Counted from the first letter of the stretch, positions 48,288 to 57,855 are shown. The stretch: 64,000 nt of DNA from an uncultured Candidatus Saccharibacteria bacterium (GCA_964365185.1 CAYIOP010000002.1:66684-130683); one strand, 5' to 3'. The notes: generated by a model from the sequence alone, not told the origin. Made by a program: numbers and translations.

Positions 48288-49076
48288 ATGGACCAACCCA
48301 CTCAAAACAAACAGGGCTTTATTAACGTAATTTCAATCATCGTCACTGTTGTAGTTGTTTTAGTCCTCGGCTACTTTGCGTTCAGCAAAAAATCCGAAGC
48401 GCCCCAAAACGGCGCGCCTGATAATGTAAGCGGTGTTCAAATTCCTAGCGGCACAGATGGTGGAGGTGGAGCTGGAGGTTCTGGATTACCAGACAACCCA
48501 CCCGCATCAGTAAACTGTGTCGATTATAATCTTCCAACCCCGCAAAACTATGGGACTGTGCTACAAGTAAGCTCAGATGAGACAAAAGTTTTCTGGAATA
48601 ACAAAGTTATTCTTGAAGTAAAACAACTTCCTACACGAATTAGAATTAACTCAGATAGTTCTTTTGATGTTACCAATCAAGGATTTACTAATGCTGTATT
48701 GTCGCCCACAAAGTCAATAGTTGCTTTCATTGTCAATAGTGGAATTCATCGTTGGGCAGGAATAAAGAATCTTCAAAACGGATCATTATATCCAGTAGCA
48801 TTTCAATTCGAGGGTGGTATAGACAAACCTATTTGGAACAAGGTTGGCAATTACATCTCGTTTTTCAAAGCCACTCCAAAAGGAACGAACATATTATCAC
48901 TGGTTAACACTGACAATACAGGTATTTACACATCAGATTTCGAAAAAATTTTGATTAAAAAACTATACAAAAACAAGAGCCAGCATAAGCTTTTAATTCT
49001 TGTGGCCGAAATTGTCGACAATCAATACAAAATCATAACCATTATTGAAACCTCAAAAATTAAAAAATATCTATGA
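48288..49076 (+). CDS. N-terminally anchored hypothetical protein, paralog family B
   Basis: NKQGFINVISIIVTVVVVLVLGYFAFSKKSEAPQNGAPDN N-terminal module, near-identical to the N-terminus of 49332-50477. The C-terminal about 30 aa resemble a DUF4258 tail. Confidence 0.5.
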   Translation: MDQPTQNKQGFINVISIIVTVVVVLVLGYFAFSKKSEAPQNGAPDNVSGVQIPSGTDGGGGAGGSGLPDNPPASVNCVDYNLPTPQNYGTVLQVSSDETKVFWNNKVILEVKQLPTRIRINSDSSFDVTNQGFTNAVLSPTKSIVAFIVNSGIHRWAGIKNLQNGSLYPVAFQFEGGIDKPIWNKVGNYISFFKATPKGTNILSLVNTDNTGIYTSDFEKILIKKLYKNKSQHKLLILVAEIVDNQYKIITIIETSKIKKYL

Positions 49077-49312
49077 AAAAAAAATCTCCCAAAATTTTTT
49101 ACGACAAAGAAAATAAAGTTCTTTCTTTTGAGATTAAGGAAGCGAAAAGCGTTGACTCTGATATTCAGGGCAATTTTGTGATCGATTACGATAAAAACGG
49201 CGAAATCGTGAGAGTCAATATCTATAGCTTCAATTTCGACAATTTCAAAAATAATTTAAAAGATTTAAAAAACTTCGGCAAAGCTTCCGATATTTTAGTT
49301 TCAGCAAAATAA
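49073..49312 (+). CDS. DUF2283-family protein (orphan antitoxin-like)
   Basis: IFYDKENKVLSFEIKEAKSVDSDIQGNFVIDYDKNGEIVRVNIYSF matches DUF2283. The start overlaps the upstream stop. Confidence 0.55.
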   Translation: MKKKSPKIFYDKENKVLSFEIKEAKSVDSDIQGNFVIDYDKNGEIVRVNIYSFNFDNFKNNLKDLKNFGKASDILVSAK

Positions 49313-49331
49313 AAATCTAACGTCTAGATTT

Positions 49332-50477
49332 ATGAACCAATCTATCCAAGAATCAAAAAACAAACAGGGCTTTATTAACGTAATTTCAATCGTTGTTACA
49401 GTTGTGGTTGTTTTAGTCCTTGGCTACTTTGCTTTTAGCAAAAAATCCGAAGCGCCCCAAAACGGTGTGCCGGATAATAAAGCTATCCCGCCGGAAAAAA
49501 TCCTAAAAATTGCTATTGGTCTTATACCCAATCAATTTTCACCGGATTTTTATCCAAAGGTTTCCGCCGACGGCTCTAATATTGTTTTTTGGAAATCAGG
49601 AGCAGGAGCAGGAGGAAGCGAAGGAAAACCAGAAGAAAGAGGATTGTGGATTATGAATACTGACGGCACTGGTATAAAGCAGTTGATCAAAGATCTAAAT
49701 ATTGTCGGTATTGACTTTGAGTGGTTGCGGATAGTTGATACTCATTATAATGAAAGATATGTCTTTTATCTTATGAGAAAGGAAATTCCTACTCAAGGAA
49801 AATTCCCCGACACAACATACGTTCTTAAAGTTGTAAATCAGAATGGTGATTATGTAAAAGAACTTACTACAATCGATGAATTTGTTATGTTCCCTCGCTG
49901 GATTTCTGTAACCGATATTGCCTACATTGACCGTAATCAAAATAACAAATTGAAATTTATAGATGTTGATGGGCGTCGGCCTACCAAACGGGGCAGTGAA
50001 GTTGCGTTAGTTTACACAGATTACCTCAATAATGCTCTTGATCATGGCGTAATTAAATCAGTTACTTTCGACGGCATTGTTAAACAACTAACTCCAGATA
50101 CAGAAAGCGCTTCTTCTCCTGTTTTATCTCCTGACGGGAAAAAAGTGGCTTATATTTCTTTTGGGTCGGGGCCGCAAAAGATTATTGTTATGAATATTGA
50201 TGGTAGTGACAAAGTTCAAGTCGGTTCAGGCGGTAGTCCTTCGTGGTCATTTGATAGTTCAAAAATTGCTTATAATCTTGTCACAGAGAGCCATTACGAC
50301 ATTGAGGCGTCCGATATCTACATCGTGAACGCTGATGGAACGGGAAGTAGGAAAATAGAAACAGAAATAGAGAAGGGACCAGCGCTCAATCCACAATGGT
50401 TTCCTGACGGCAAATATATTGTGTTTGAATACTCGGATAAAGGAGTAGGGACTATCGAAATTTTGCCGGTTAAATAA
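49332..50477 (+). CDS. N-terminally anchored protein with TolB-like (PD40) beta-propeller repeats, paralog family B
   Basis: Same N-terminal module as 48288-49076. Repeats such as SPDGKKVAYISFGSGPQKIIVMNIDGSD and WFPDGKYIVFEYSD resemble PD40/TolB blades. Confidence 0.5.
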   Translation: MNQSIQESKNKQGFINVISIVVTVVVVLVLGYFAFSKKSEAPQNGVPDNKAIPPEKILKIAIGLIPNQFSPDFYPKVSADGSNIVFWKSGAGAGGSEGKPEERGLWIMNTDGTGIKQLIKDLNIVGIDFEWLRIVDTHYNERYVFYLMRKEIPTQGKFPDTTYVLKVVNQNGDYVKELTTIDEFVMFPRWISVTDIAYIDRNQNNKLKFIDVDGRRPTKRGSEVALVYTDYLNNALDHGVIKSVTFDGIVKQLTPDTESASSPVLSPDGKKVAYISFGSGPQKIIVMNIDGSDKVQVGSGGSPSWSFDSSKIAYNLVTESHYDIEASDIYIVNADGTGSRKIETEIEKGPALNPQWFPDGKYIVFEYSDKGVGTIEILPVK

Positions 50478-50514
50478 TTAGCGTCTTACTTATTTTTCAG
50501 CTATTCTTTTAAGA

Positions 50515-52179
50515 ATGGACGCCGAAGTTTATAAACCCGCCTTCTCCGGCGATAATTTCTCCGAGCGCGACCTCTATTACCTAGAGCCCTTTGCCACCAA
50601 CCCCCAAGGCCTGATTTCGGTTTTAAGGAATTTACCACCAGAACTTGTGGGCGCTCTGTGTTCTCGCGCCAGCCGTGCTCAGGGGTCGCTCCTCCGCGTG
50701 CTTTTAGACGAATACCTCTACCCGATTTTAGAGGGCGTTGATAAAAATCTAGCCCAAGAACTCGAAGAAACCGTCAAGTTTTTAAAAACCAAGGGCTTCA
50801 AAAATATCTTAAACAACCAGCGCGCCCAGGCCTTCTACGCCAAATGGCTCTCGCAATACGGCGACGATTCAATCGCTCAGATGACCGGCGCCCACGTTGT
50901 CTTTTGGGGCATCTCGCAGGTGGCGATGAAATTTATCGAAGACCGCCGCCTCGGGCTAGAGCCGATTGAAAAATCCACCCGCTATGTGAATTTCGGCAAC
51001 AAGATTAATGGTAGTTACTTGTATTACACTCCCACGCCAGACCTAGAAAAAATCGGCCTGTTTGAAGAATACCAAAAAACTCTTGACCAGCTTTTTAATA
51101 CTTATGTGGATTTACTTCCCAAACTGCAGGCCTGGCTCGAAAAAACTTACGACGACAAAAAATCCATTCTCGAAAAAAAGGCCTTTGACACTTTGCGCGG
51201 CCTGCTCCCAATGGCTACCTTAGGCCAAGTGGCTTTCCGCGGCAACGCCCAGGCCTTTGAGTATCTATTGAGTCGCACTCTAAAACACCCGCTTGGTGAA
51301 CTGCGTTTTATTGCCACCGCGCTTAAAACCGAACTCGACAAGGAAATCCCCTCGCTCCTCCTACGTTTAAATGAAGAAAAATCTCAAGATTACCAGGAAT
51401 ATCTTGTCGGCCGTCCCTCTCGCGTTCGCCAGTCGCTAAAAGAAGAAAATTCTAAATCCATCAATTCAATCTTATCTCCCGAAGCTCGTCTCATTGAATA
51501 CGATCCCGAGGCAGAAAATAAAATTATCGCCGCCATTATTTTCCCCGAAACCCACGCCTCTTATGAAAAAATTAACGAGCAAGTTAAAAAAATGTCTGCC
51601 ACCGAAAAAGAAAAAATTCTGGAATCCTACTTCGGAGAGAGGAAGGGTAGGTGGTATAAAGTCGGCCGCGCGCTCGAAAATTCCTATCTAAAATTTGAAA
51701 TTATTATGGATATCGGCAGTTATCGCGATTTGCACCGTCACCGCATTATGACCCAAGAACGTCAGCTTTTCTCCTGTCACCACGGCTACAATATCCCGAA
51801 AGAAATCGAAGAAGCGGGACTGGTAGAAGATTTTAAAAAGCCACTCGAAGCCGTTAAAACTCTTTTTGACAAAATCGAATCCCAAAATCCGGAACTTGCT
51901 CAATATGTCGTGCCGCTCGCTTATCGGATGCGTTTTTATCAGTGGCAAAATATCCGTGAGTTTTTCTGGGAAACCGAACTGCGCACTATCTCTCAAGGCC
52001 ACCCCGACTATCGCCTAATCGAGCAAAAAAAGTTTGAACTTTTCAAAGAAAAATTCCCCTTAATTTCAAAATATTTACTCGTTGATATGGCGGATTACGC
52101 CATTGCCAGAAGGGGGACAGAGGAGGGCATTAAGAAAAAAGAGGAATTTCTGCTTAAAAAATTCGGCGAAAAGAATTGA
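50515..52179 (+). CDS. thyX: tandem ThyX-like protein (flavin-dependent thymidylate synthase domain, duplicated)
   Basis: The C-terminal half aligns with ThyX: GSYRDLHRHRIMTQERQ (RHR-x7-S-x-R-like), MRFYQWQNIREFFWETELRT, LFKEKFP. The N-terminal half is a degenerate copy ending in STRYV that lacks RHR. Confidence 0.5.
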   Translation: MDAEVYKPAFSGDNFSERDLYYLEPFATNPQGLISVLRNLPPELVGALCSRASRAQGSLLRVLLDEYLYPILEGVDKNLAQELEETVKFLKTKGFKNILNNQRAQAFYAKWLSQYGDDSIAQMTGAHVVFWGISQVAMKFIEDRRLGLEPIEKSTRYVNFGNKINGSYLYYTPTPDLEKIGLFEEYQKTLDQLFNTYVDLLPKLQAWLEKTYDDKKSILEKKAFDTLRGLLPMATLGQVAFRGNAQAFEYLLSRTLKHPLGELRFIATALKTELDKEIPSLLLRLNEEKSQDYQEYLVGRPSRVRQSLKEENSKSINSILSPEARLIEYDPEAENKIIAAIIFPETHASYEKINEQVKKMSATEKEKILESYFGERKGRWYKVGRALENSYLKFEIIMDIGSYRDLHRHRIMTQERQLFSCHHGYNIPKEIEEAGLVEDFKKPLEAVKTLFDKIESQNPELAQYVVPLAYRMRFYQWQNIREFFWETELRTISQGHPDYRLIEQKKFELFKEKFPLISKYLLVDMADYAIARRGTEEGIKKKEEFLLKKFGEKN

Positions 52180-52239
52180 TTTATTTTTTGATTCCTATTA
52201 AAATTCAACTAGATCTTTTATTTAACACGGAGGTGTATT

Positions 52240-52422
52240 TTGCTTTTGATTAATACTCCAAATTTCCTAAGCGTAGCTATCATAATTTTCGTCGTGATTG
52301 CTATTATCGAATCCATAATTCTTTTCTTCAATTTTCTAATCAAGAAGAAAGAATCCAAATCTCCCCACCTCAAGCCGCCCGATAAATACCCTTCTAATCC
52401 GAGTTACGAATCCGATTATTGA
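52240..52422 (+). CDS. small hypothetical membrane protein (TTG start)
   Basis: GGAGGTG SD 5 nt upstream of TTG. 60 aa with one transmembrane helix. Confidence 0.3.
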   Translation: MLLINTPNFLSVAIIIFVVIAIIESIILFFNFLIKKKESKSPHLKPPDKYPSNPSYESDY

Positions 52423-52574
52423 AGGAAACATTAGGCCAGTCCACAGTCCTTAAAAAGCCATTTCGTCCAGAAGTGGCTTTATTTTTTAATTAAAAACCTC
52501 TATAATACAAGAAACTAAAAGTCGTTCACCCTCCTAAATTTTATAGAAATTTTGGCGGGAAAAATAAACATAAA

Positions 52575-53132
52575 ATGACAATATTACTTATCGTAATTGG
52601 CGTTATAATCCTCTGGTTTATCTTTGCCTATAACAGTTTTGTTCGTTTAAATAATCGCGTTAAAGAAGCGTGGTCAGACATCGAGGTTCAGCTAAAACGT
52701 CGCTACGACTTGATTCCTAATATCATGGAATCCGTTAAGGGTTACGCCAAGCATGAAAGCGGCGTTTTTGAAAAAGTTACCGAAGCCCGCACTCGCGCTA
52801 TGGGAGCGGAATCAAAAGGGGATATGAAAGAAATCGCCAAAGCCGAAAATATGCTCGCTGGCACCTTGAAAACCCTTTTTGCCGTGGCTGAAAACTATCC
52901 CACCCTTAGAGCCACTGAAAACTTCCAAAAACTTCAAGACGAACTCTCCGACACCGAAAACAAAATCCAAGCCGCTCGCCGGTTTTACAACGGCAATGTC
53001 CGTGACTTCAACACTAAAGTTGAAACTTTCCCTTCAAATCTAATCGCCAAAATATTTAGTTTTGCCGCCAAAGAATTCTTCGACATTGATGAAAAAGGCC
53101 CAGAAGGCCAACCCGTAACTGTTAAGTTCTAA
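52575..53132 (+). CDS. lemA: LemA-family protein
   Basis: N-terminal TM, then NSFVRLNNRVKEAWSDIEVQLKRRYDLIPNIMESVKGYAKHE, the LemA signature. Confidence 0.8.
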   Translation: MTILLIVIGVIILWFIFAYNSFVRLNNRVKEAWSDIEVQLKRRYDLIPNIMESVKGYAKHESGVFEKVTEARTRAMGAESKGDMKEIAKAENMLAGTLKTLFAVAENYPTLRATENFQKLQDELSDTENKIQAARRFYNGNVRDFNTKVETFPSNLIAKIFSFAAKEFFDIDEKGPEGQPVTVKF

Positions 53133-53560
53133 TGGAAATTAATTTTATTATTATTGCACCTATAGTATTCTTTACTAGCGTTTTTTGGTTAGCAAAAATT
53201 CACTTTCAAAATAAAAAATTAAGAGAATTAGGATTTAATATCAATCCAAAACAAACCACCCTGTACTTGTTGGTTGCTTTTTTATTGGTCCACTTTATTC
53301 CTAGTTATTATTTTAATTATCTTTTTCAGGATTCTTTTGTAATGATGCAGTTATCTCCTAATGCTCCACTTATTTTTTTTATTCATTTATTTATAACACT
53401 TCTCCCTATTCTTCTCTTATCTTTTTATACTCTATTTAGAAAGCAAAAATATAAGGGGATGCCCAATGTTTCGGTATCAATAAAAAATAAGTTATCTTTG
53501 ATAATTATCTCCATTTTTGTTTTTATTATTTGGATGTTTTTTGTTATTAAAGATCTTTGA
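53132..53560 (+). CDS. hypothetical membrane protein
   Basis: 142 aa, 4 hydrophobic segments, coupled to lemA (ATG overlaps the stop). Confidence 0.35.
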   Translation: MEINFIIIAPIVFFTSVFWLAKIHFQNKKLRELGFNINPKQTTLYLLVAFLLVHFIPSYYFNYLFQDSFVMMQLSPNAPLIFFIHLFITLLPILLLSFYTLFRKQKYKGMPNVSVSIKNKLSLIIISIFVFIIWMFFVIKDL

Positions 53561-53653
53561 ATTTATTACAACGAAATCTTAAGTTTTATTATTAGAATTT
53601 TGATATTGTATATTATTTAGGATTTAGAAATTAGAGCTTAGAATTTATTTATT

Positions 53654-54562
53654 ATGGCCACTCTCTATACCCACAAATCCTCAAATATCCGCAAAACTTT
53701 TCTCTTATTCACTCTCTTTTTCGGCGCGGTGATTGGCATCGGCTTTGTTATCTCGCAGGCCTACGGCAATCCCGGTATTTTATATATTGCGGTTATTTTT
53801 TCCTGCCTAATGAGTTTTATTAGTTTTTGGTATTCGGATAAAATTGTGCTCTCTATGGCCAAGGCAGTGCCGGTTGATAGAAACACCCACCGTGAACTCT
53901 ATAGCATTGTCGAAAATTTAAGTATTACTGCCGGCCTACCCACTCCTAAAATTTATATTATTCCCGAGTCCGCTTTAAACGCTTTTGCCACCGGCCGCGA
54001 CCCTAAGCACGCGGTGGTGGCGGTCACCCGCGGACTTTTAGAAAAATTAAATAGAACCGAACTTGAGGGCGTGCTTGCTCACGAACTCTCCCACATTGGC
54101 AACCGCGATATATTGGTGAGCACCATCGCCGTTATTTTAGTTGGGTTTATCTCTATCTTATCCGACTTTTTCTTGCGTTCAGTGTTTTGGGGCGGAGGCA
54201 GAAGGCGCAGCAGTGAGGGCGGAGGTCAATCTCAAGCTATTATATTTTTAATCGGTGTTGGCCTTTCAATTCTCGCTCCCATCTCCGCCACTCTTATTCA
54301 ACTCGCCATCTCAAGAAAGCGGGAATTTCTAGCCGATACCTCTGGCGCCCTGCTCACCCGTTATCCCGAAGGTCTGGCGAGTGCGCTTGAAAAAATCGCC
54401 ATTGATGTCACTCCCATGCGGGTGGCTAAAAACACCACCTCTCATCTTTGGATTGATGACCCCTTCCCGGGCAAATCCCGCACTTCTTGGTTCCATAAGT
54501 TGTTTCAAACGCATCCGCCCATCGAAGAAAGAATTAAAATCTTGCGCGGGATGTCGGTTTAA
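53654..54562 (+). CDS. htpX: M48-family zinc metalloprotease HtpX-like
   Basis: HELSHIGNRD (HExxH) after two N-terminal TM helices. Downstream GG-rich insert and C-terminal TM helices as in HtpX. Confidence 0.75.
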   Translation: MATLYTHKSSNIRKTFLLFTLFFGAVIGIGFVISQAYGNPGILYIAVIFSCLMSFISFWYSDKIVLSMAKAVPVDRNTHRELYSIVENLSITAGLPTPKIYIIPESALNAFATGRDPKHAVVAVTRGLLEKLNRTELEGVLAHELSHIGNRDILVSTIAVILVGFISILSDFFLRSVFWGGGRRRSSEGGGQSQAIIFLIGVGLSILAPISATLIQLAISRKREFLADTSGALLTRYPEGLASALEKIAIDVTPMRVAKNTTSHLWIDDPFPGKSRTSWFHKLFQTHPPIEERIKILRGMSV

Positions 54563-54580
54563 ATTGACTCCTGTATTTTT

Positions 54581-54817
54581 TTGAAATATCATATTTATAT
54601 GCGAAATTTCACCGCTGTCTATAAAAAAACTGGCAAGTGGTATTCCGCTTGGGTAGAAGAAATCCCAGGCGTGAACACCCAAGGGAAAACTTTAAAAGAA
54701 GCCAAAACCAATCTTTTAGATGCCCTCCTATTAGTGCTTGAAACCAATAAAATTCTTACCCAAAAAGATTCTTCCGGCGGCAAAACCATTCGTGAGTCCA
54801 TCGCCGTTTCCGTCTAA
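54581..54817 (+). CDS. hicB: HicB-family antitoxin
   Basis: FTAVYKKTGKWYSAWVEEIPGVNTQGKTLKEAKTNLLDALLLVLE fits the HicB/UPF0150 RNase-H-like fold consensus. Confidence 0.6.
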   Translation: MKYHIYMRNFTAVYKKTGKWYSAWVEEIPGVNTQGKTLKEAKTNLLDALLLVLETNKILTQKDSSGGKTIRESIAVSV

Positions 54818-55015
54818 ATGAAGCGGCGGGATTTAATCACTCATTTAAATTCACAAGGTTGTGTTTTTATAAGAGAAGGCGCTCGGCATAGCGTCTTTTT
54901 TAATCCACAAACCCGCCGAGTTTCTACCGTGCCCCGTCATAACGAAATTAATAATTTTCTAGCCAAAAAAATTTGTCGCGATCTTGGAATTCCAGAAATA
55001 AAAAGAAAATCATGA
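54818..55015 (+). CDS. hicA: HicA-family mRNA interferase toxin
   Basis: RRDLITHLNSQGCVFIREGARHSVFFNP...VPRHNEI matches the HicA/YcfA consensus (G.H.i...p......vPrH.ei). Confidence 0.6.
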   Translation: MKRRDLITHLNSQGCVFIREGARHSVFFNPQTRRVSTVPRHNEINNFLAKKICRDLGIPEIKRKS

Positions 55016-55716
55016 ACTATAACTTCAAAAAAATAATCGTGGTGAGCTTAGGCGGCTCCATTATTTACCCCGACCAAATCGATATTAAATTCTTAAAACA
55101 ATTCAACTCATTAATTCGTAAATTTATTAAAAAAGGTTATAAATTTATTATCATAACCGGCGGCGGCAAACCCGCCCGCATTTTCCAAAATGCCGCTTAT
55201 CAAATTTCTAGGATTAACGATGAGGACAAGGATTGGCTCGGCATCCACGCCACTCGCTTAAATGCCCATCTCATTCGAACGATTTTTCGCGATATCGCTG
55301 ACCCTCAAATTCTTGATTCCCCTAAAAAAGTTTTAAAAAGAAAGAAAAAGTTAAAATACTCAGTCACTATTGGTTCTGGTTGGCGACCTGGTTGGTCCAC
55401 TGATTATGTTTCTGTCCAAATCGCAGCCGCCTTTAAAGCCAAAGAGTTTGTGAATACTGGTAAACCCGCCTATGTTTACGAAAAAGACCCCGCTAAATTT
55501 CCTAAAGCCAAGAAATTTAGCCAAATTTCCTGGGCTAAATACCGTAAGCTTATCCCTAGAAAATGGACTCCTGGTTTTAGTTCTCCCATCGATCCGGTTG
55601 CCGCTCAGATCTGCCAAAAAAAGAAAATCAAAGCCATTGTGGTGAGCGGTAAAAACCTCAAAAATTTTGAAAACCTCTTGAAAGGTAAGGATTTTAGAGG
55701 GACAATTATAGAATAA
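55012..55716 (+). CDS. amino-acid-kinase-family protein, UMP kinase-like
   Basis: IVVSLGGSII and ITGGGKPARIF glycine motifs as in archaeal-type UMP kinases. Isopentenyl phosphate kinase is an alternative call. ATG at 55012 is preferred. Confidence 0.45.
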   Translation: MNYNFKKIIVVSLGGSIIYPDQIDIKFLKQFNSLIRKFIKKGYKFIIITGGGKPARIFQNAAYQISRINDEDKDWLGIHATRLNAHLIRTIFRDIADPQILDSPKKVLKRKKKLKYSVTIGSGWRPGWSTDYVSVQIAAAFKAKEFVNTGKPAYVYEKDPAKFPKAKKFSQISWAKYRKLIPRKWTPGFSSPIDPVAAQICQKKKIKAIVVSGKNLKNFENLLKGKDFRGTIIE

Positions 55717-55718
55717 AT

Positions 55719-55949
55719 ATGCTTGAAAAATTAAATTTTTCCAGAAATCTAGTCGATATTATTGGCTTTACCATGCCGATTATATTTATCAGTTTGATAA
55801 TAGTTTTTTTGATACTAGCTGTTATTTTAAGCTATCACTGGCGAAAATATGGCGTCGGTCGCCTCAAAGCCGCTCTTTTTATGTTAATTTACTTAATCGG
55901 TGGGATAGTTTTAGTAGGCGTCATGGCCATCGCCAAACTCTCCTACTGA
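55719..55949 (+). CDS. small hypothetical membrane protein
   Basis: 76 aa with 2 TM helices. Confidence 0.3.
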   Translation: MLEKLNFSRNLVDIIGFTMPIIFISLIIVFLILAVILSYHWRKYGVGRLKAALFMLIYLIGGIVLVGVMAIAKLSY

Positions 55950-55983
55950 AACCTATAACCTATAATCTAACACCTAATTTAAA

Positions 55984-56520
55984 ATGATTGACTTACACCC
56001 TAAAGAAGAAATTATTTTAACCGTCCGCCGTCACTGGCTAATTTTTATCGGTGAAATTTCCGCGCTTATTATCGCTTTCTTCCTACCGATTTTTTTTGTT
56101 GTTTTTTCTGGTTATATTCATGAAGCCGGCGTTCAGTATTTGAGTTTTTCAGAAATTACCTCCACTTTAATTTTTATTTCCGCCGCCTGGATTTCGGTTT
56201 TATGGATGATATTTTTTGTTATCTTCACTGATTATTATCTTGATGTTTTAGTCATTACCAACCAGCGGATTATTGATATTGAGCAAGCTGGTCTTTTCGC
56301 CCGCGACATAGCTACGGCTCCGCTTGAAAACATTGAAGACATTAAAATCGAAATTTTGGGAGTCATGGCCACGGCGTTTAATTTTGGCAATCTTCATCTT
56401 CAGACCGCTGGCTCAGACAAGGAAATTTTAATTCGTGGCATCAAAAATCCCGAGTTTGTTAAGAAATTAATTATGTCTACCTATCAAAGAGAAACTGCTC
56501 TTTCGCAAAACTCTAAGTAA
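55984..56520 (+). CDS. bacterial PH-domain (DUF304/YdbT-like) membrane protein
   Basis: Two TM helices followed by YYLDVLVITNQRIIDIEQAGLFARD, typical of bPH_2. Confidence 0.45.
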   Translation: MIDLHPKEEIILTVRRHWLIFIGEISALIIAFFLPIFFVVFSGYIHEAGVQYLSFSEITSTLIFISAAWISVLWMIFFVIFTDYYLDVLVITNQRIIDIEQAGLFARDIATAPLENIEDIKIEILGVMATAFNFGNLHLQTAGSDKEILIRGIKNPEFVKKLIMSTYQRETALSQNSK

Positions 56521-56569
56521 CCGCGCTTGAATTTATCTTGATTCAAAGGCAGAATAGTTAAAACCCTCG

Positions 56570-56654
56570 GGAGGCGTCGCATAGTGGCTTAGTGCACCAT
56601 CTTGGAAAGGTGGCATACCGAAAGGTATCGTGAGTTCAAATCTCACCGCCTCCG
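56570..56654 (+). tRNA. tRNA-Ser (anticodon GGA)
   Basis: Manual fold: acceptor GGAGGCG/CGCCTCC; D-arm GCAT/GTGC with GG in the loop; anticodon stem CCATC/GGTGG with loop TTGGAAA (anticodon GGA); 16-nt variable arm ATACC-GAAA-GGTAT (class II); T-arm GTGAG-TTCAAAT-CTCAC; discriminator G. CCA is not encoded. Confidence 0.85.
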
Positions 56655-56730
56655 CAATGAGCGGGAGAAAGATTTTTATTAAATCTCTCGCCCTTCGCCA
56701 ATTAGAATCGCTTAGCGATCCAGCAAATGC

Positions 56731-57732
56731 ATGTTTTTATTCAAATCTCCAAAATTCATTTTTGCTCTAGTGGCTCTAATAGTTTTTATTTTAGGGGTTT
56801 TTATCTACCTCAATCTTTTTGTTGCCAACCAAAAAACCGCCTCTTTAGAGAATTTTGTGGCTCCGCTTAATTCAGAAAATTCTGACATTATTTCTAATCT
56901 AAAAACCAGCGGCTTTATCAAAAATCAATTTGTTTTTAATCTTGCCCGCGTCCTTAAAAGCGGGGGAGATATTACGCCTGGTGGTTATAAAATTTCAAAA
57001 TCTATGACTCCTTGGCAGATCGCTGGAGTTTTAACTAAAGCCCCCTATCTGAAATGGGTGGTTATTCCCGAAGGTCGCCGCAAAGAGCAAATCGCCGACA
57101 TCTTAGCTGAGGCCTTGAGATGGAACGACGAGATAAAAACAAAATGGATTAAAGAAGACACCGCCCAAAAATCCGACTACCTCGAAGGCGTCTATTTTCC
57201 AGACACTTATTTAATCCCGATTGACGAAACACCCCTTGAAGTCGCCAATCGCCTCATTGGAAGGTTCAACGAAAAATTTTCGCCTTATCTTCAAGAAGCG
57301 GTAAAACAAAATATCAAATGGACCACGCTTATCAAAATTGCTTCTCTTATTGAGCGCGAAACCGGCGGCCCGGAAGATATGCCGCTTATCTCTGGCATTA
57401 TCTGGAATCGACTCCTTAAAAAAATGAAACTGGATATTGACGCCACCCTTCAATACGCTCGCGACTCCGCTCTTTGGGAGGCCCAAACGCAAGTGGAGTG
57501 GTGGGCCTCTCTTAAAACCGAAGACAAAAAAATTGATTCCAAATACAACACCTATCTTTACGCTGGCCTGCCGCCGCATCCCATTGCGAACCCCGGCCTA
57601 GATGCCATCGCGGCCGCGCTTAACCCAGAGAAAACTGATTGTTTTTACTATCTTCATGATTCTTCAAAACAAATTCATTGCGCCAAAACTTATACCGAGC
57701 ATAAACAAAACATCGACAGATATTTAAAATGA
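56731..57732 (+). CDS. mltG: endolytic murein transglycosylase MltG/YceG-family protein
   Basis: N-terminal TM anchor. ...LIKIASLIERETGGPEDMPLISGIIWNRL... is the YceG catalytic region. Confidence 0.65.
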   Translation: MFLFKSPKFIFALVALIVFILGVFIYLNLFVANQKTASLENFVAPLNSENSDIISNLKTSGFIKNQFVFNLARVLKSGGDITPGGYKISKSMTPWQIAGVLTKAPYLKWVVIPEGRRKEQIADILAEALRWNDEIKTKWIKEDTAQKSDYLEGVYFPDTYLIPIDETPLEVANRLIGRFNEKFSPYLQEAVKQNIKWTTLIKIASLIERETGGPEDMPLISGIIWNRLLKKMKLDIDATLQYARDSALWEAQTQVEWWASLKTEDKKIDSKYNTYLYAGLPPHPIANPGLDAIAAALNPEKTDCFYYLHDSSKQIHCAKTYTEHKQNIDRYLK

Positions 57733-57771
57733 AGTAACTATTGATATAAATTATCTTCAAATTACCTCCTC

Positions 57772-57800
57772 TTGACATATATATTTACAAAGATTACAAT
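57772..57800 (+). promoter_or_regulatory. sigma70-type promoter TTGACA-17-TACAAT
   Basis: ttgaca 57772-57777 and tacaat 57795-57800. AAGGAAG RBS precedes ATG 57856. Confidence 0.55.
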
Positions 57801-57855
57801 ACACCCAGCTTTTTTGTTATTCTGCGGGGAAAATTTTAAGGTAAGGAAGTCTTAG

